Positions 25,927 through 28,396 of a DNA stretch of 28,396 bases are shown piece by piece. Every line of letters begins with the position of its first letter. The first letter of the stretch is position 1. The notes beneath the pieces are model-generated. The model was not told the DNA's origin, made no database searches, and worked only from the letters and a program-made list of their open reading frames with translations. The position numbers and the translations under genes are program-made. The stretch is from an uncultured archaeon (GTDB taxonomy: Archaea > Asgardarchaeota > Lokiarchaeia > Sigyniarchaeales > SOKP01), in NCBI GenBank assembly GCA_964388035.1, contig CAYLZE010000067.1:1-28396 (forward strand), given 5' to 3'.

Positions 25927-28396
25927 GCACAGAACAAAAAACGGCATATCAAGAATCAAGTACCCAAATCAGGAAGCCCGCCACCGTTTCAAGACATTTC
26001 CATTTTGATGCAGGAGATCATGTCTTAAAACATTCGCGTAGGATTTTATGGAAGTTTTTATTCAAATATTTACTTCCACATCGCAATAGTTTTATCTTAT
26101 TTCTCATTTTACTCTTATTCGGCACCGTGGTAATGTCCTACAGTCCTTTACTGAGTGCCACTATCATAGATCAAGGTATAATTGGGGGGGATGAGCCATA
26201 TTTATTCATGGCGAGCATGATCTACCTGGTCTTGATGGTGATAATGGCAGTTTTTACATTTATAGCCCAGTATGGAATGAGTAAAATTTCCCAGAATGTA
26301 GTTTTTTCCATTCGAAATGATTTATTTTTCAAATTACAGGATATGTCATTAACTTATTTTGATAGGCGACCCTCGGGAGACATCATATCAATCCTAACTA
26401 ATGATATTGACCAGCTCAATCAATTGGTCGGAGGTCAATTTGTCCAAATTATTAATAGCGTCCTTTCCATTGGTCTTAGCGTTATTTTCATGTACATCCT
26501 CAATCCTCTCTTGGCAACCATTAGTCTCGTGGTATTTCCACTTTTCTACATCATGACTTCTGTCTTCAAGCGAGTGATTCTGAAAGCTTTTACTGCAACC
26601 AGAAAAAGTATAAGTAAAGTAACTTCATCCATACAAGAAAATATCGCAGGTGCGAAAGTAGTGAAAGCATACGCTCAGGAAAAGAAAGCGTCCACCGAAT
26701 TTGATCAGGCAAATATCGAAAATTATAACGTTTCTTTGAGAGTGAGGAGAATCATGGCATCTTTCCTCCCTTTTATAGGTTTTGTTTCAACAGGGCTTAC
26801 GGTTATTATTTTATTAATAGGCGGGTTAACCGCCATTAATCATGTCACTATTCTTGGAGTGGCTGTTACAGTAGGGGTCTTGAGTGCATATATTGCCATG
26901 TTAGCCCAATTTTTCCGCCCTTTCATGAGCATTGCCATGATTCAGCAGGTAATTGAATCAGCCATGGCGGCTAGCGATCGCATTTATTCGTTGTTAGAAG
27001 AAAGTGTAGAAATCCCAGATCCTGAGGAACCTGTAGAATTGGGAGAGGATATAAAAGGGGAAGTCGAATTTGCTGAGGTTTGTTTCGGATATCGTTTTGA
27101 TGGAAATAATGGAAAATCTGAAGTAGCAAAAGTAGAAGGCTCCAATTCTTCCGAAAAAGCAGGAGACACGATCTCACAAAATCCCATGATTAAACAAGCA
27201 TTTAAAATGATTAAGTCTTTACCAGAACCTTATTCTTCATTTCTTCTCAAAAATATCATGTACATGCCCCAAAATATTAGACAAGCGTTATTCATAAAGT
27301 TAATGCGCGAAAAGCCCGAAGACGCTCCTTCGATTATTGATAAGATTTTAGCAGAAGACGAACATGCCGTCCCGAAAACACCCCTTGCGGAAAAACATCC
27401 TGAATATAAAACCAGTTTCAAGGTTAAAGGAATGAAAAAGCAACCAATTTCTATGGGGCAAATGCTTCCACCCGAAACCATCCTCATGATGGTAAAAGGA
27501 TTGGAAAAGGCATTAAATTCCAAAGCGAGTCTTCAACAAGCAGGAGGAGGAATGGGAGGAGAAGGAGGCGGATTGATGGGAGGCGGCGGGATGTCAAGGT
27601 TTTCTCCGCAAATGATGCTTCGAACCTTGGCAACGATGCCAATACCTGATGAAATCTATAATCAAATCCCAGCAATAGTAAAAGATGCCATTCTTGAACA
27701 GAAAAAAATGATCGAATATGAACAATCCACGGGATATGTTTTAAAGGATATCAATTTCCAAGTGCCTCCAGGAACAACTTTAGCATTAGTGGGAGAGACG
27801 GGAGCCGGAAAAACTACAGCAATAAAGCTGCTTTCAAGATTCTATGATATCAATCAAGGTTGCATTAAGATAGACGGAATAGATATTAGGGAGGTTAATA
27901 AACACGAACTAAGGGGTATAATTGGTTTAGTTCCCCAAGATGCGTTCATTTTTACGGGAACAATCAAGGAAAATCTTCTATACGCGTTCAAGGAGCATAC
28001 TCCCGAGATTGAAGAAAAAATGGTGCAAATCTCAGAATTCTTGGGACTTCATAATTTTATCGATACGCTTCCTAATAAATATGATACCGTCTTAAAAGAA
28101 AATGGCTCTAATGTTTCTATCGGGCAACGCCAATTAATCGCATTTGCGCGGGCATTGATAAGAGATCCTAAAATTTTAATATTGGATGAGGCAACCTCTT
28201 CCGTGGACCCATACACGGAATTATTGATTCAAGATGCTCTGAACAAAGCCCGAAAAGGGCGCACCACGATTATAATTGCACATAGATTATCCACGATAAA
28301 GAATGCGGACCATATCATCGTATTAGGCAAGCAAAATCTCGGAGTTTTGGAAGAGGGAAATCATGACCAATTAATCGCCTTAAACGGAAAATACAA
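25923..28396 (+). CDS. ABC exporter half transporter, consensus-site subunit (TM288-like), with ~215-aa NBD insertion; 3'-truncated by the window edge
   Basis: ATGA overlap with the partner gene. TMD, A-loop FGY (27084-27092), Walker A GETGAGKT, signature VSIGQRQ, Walker B LILDEAT, switch IAHR. Absent from the ORF track, consistent with a frame that has no stop in the window. Confidence 0.93.
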   Translation, partial: MSTEQKTAYQESSTQIRKPATVSRHFHFDAGDHVLKHSRRILWKFLFKYLLPHRNSFILFLILLLFGTVVMSYSPLLSATIIDQGIIGGDEPYLFMASMIYLVLMVIMAVFTFIAQYGMSKISQNVVFSIRNDLFFKLQDMSLTYFDRRPSGDIISILTNDIDQLNQLVGGQFVQIINSVLSIGLSVIFMYILNPLLATISLVVFPLFYIMTSVFKRVILKAFTATRKSISKVTSSIQENIAGAKVVKAYAQEKKASTEFDQANIENYNVSLRVRRIMASFLPFIGFVSTGLTVIILLIGGLTAINHVTILGVAVTVGVLSAYIAMLAQFFRPFMSIAMIQQVIESAMAASDRIYSLLEESVEIPDPEEPVELGEDIKGEVEFAEVCFGYRFDGNNGKSEVAKVEGSNSSEKAGDTISQNPMIKQAFKMIKSLPEPYSSFLLKNIMYMPQNIRQALFIKLMREKPEDAPSIIDKILAEDEHAVPKTPLAEKHPEYKTSFKVKGMKKQPISMGQMLPPETILMMVKGLEKALNSKASLQQAGGGMGGEGGGLMGGGGMSRFSPQMMLRTLATMPIPDEIYNQIPAIVKDAILEQKKMIEYEQSTGYVLKDINFQVPPGTTLALVGETGAGKTTAIKLLSRFYDINQGCIKIDGIDIREVNKHELRGIIGLVPQDAFIFTGTIKENLLYAFKEHTPEIEEKMVQISEFLGLHNFIDTLPNKYDTVLKENGSNVSIGQRQLIAFARALIRDPKILILDEATSSVDPYTELLIQDALNKARKGRTTIIIAHRLSTIKNADHIIVLGKQNLGVLEEGNHDQLIALNGKY

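Noticed and set aside
27093-27737. Intein as the explanation for the ABC insertion
   Set aside because: No N-terminal Cys/Ser block, no C-terminal His-Asn followed by Cys/Ser/Thr, and no LAGLIDADG motifs.

Overview
AT-rich archaeal chromosomal window, most consistent with an Asgard archaeon (Lokiarchaeia/Promethearchaeota-like; inferred from protein sequence character and lineage-typical small families). Bases 0.9-18.1 kb hold locally reshuffled informational gene clusters: aIF2-alpha, Nop10, Gins15, PriS, PriL, PCNA, an RPA14-like OB protein, TFS, eS27, eL42(L44e), pyrB, uS7, an inverted uS12, NusA, eL30, RpoA'' and RpoA'. Bases 18.5-28.4 kb are accessory: a capless HAD phosphatase, a Zn-binding hypothetical, a TFB remnant, a membrane Zn-ribbon protein, an ADP-forming acyl-CoA synthetase alpha subunit, a decayed HEPN toxin with intact MNT antitoxin, and a PadR regulator with a heterodimeric ABC exporter running off the window. 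The best candidate for an undescribed system is a 665-aa fusion of an ArsR-type wHTH, an ATP-cone and a catalytically dead class III ribonucleotide reductase (NrdD) body, possibly an NrdR-analogous nucleotide-pool-sensing regulator. Also notable are a ~215-aa Met/Gly-rich insertion after the A-loop of an ABC NBD, an apparent AUU start codon for PCNA, and a charged tail with a Trp-containing motif on RpoA'. All calls come from manual motif recognition; no searches were run.
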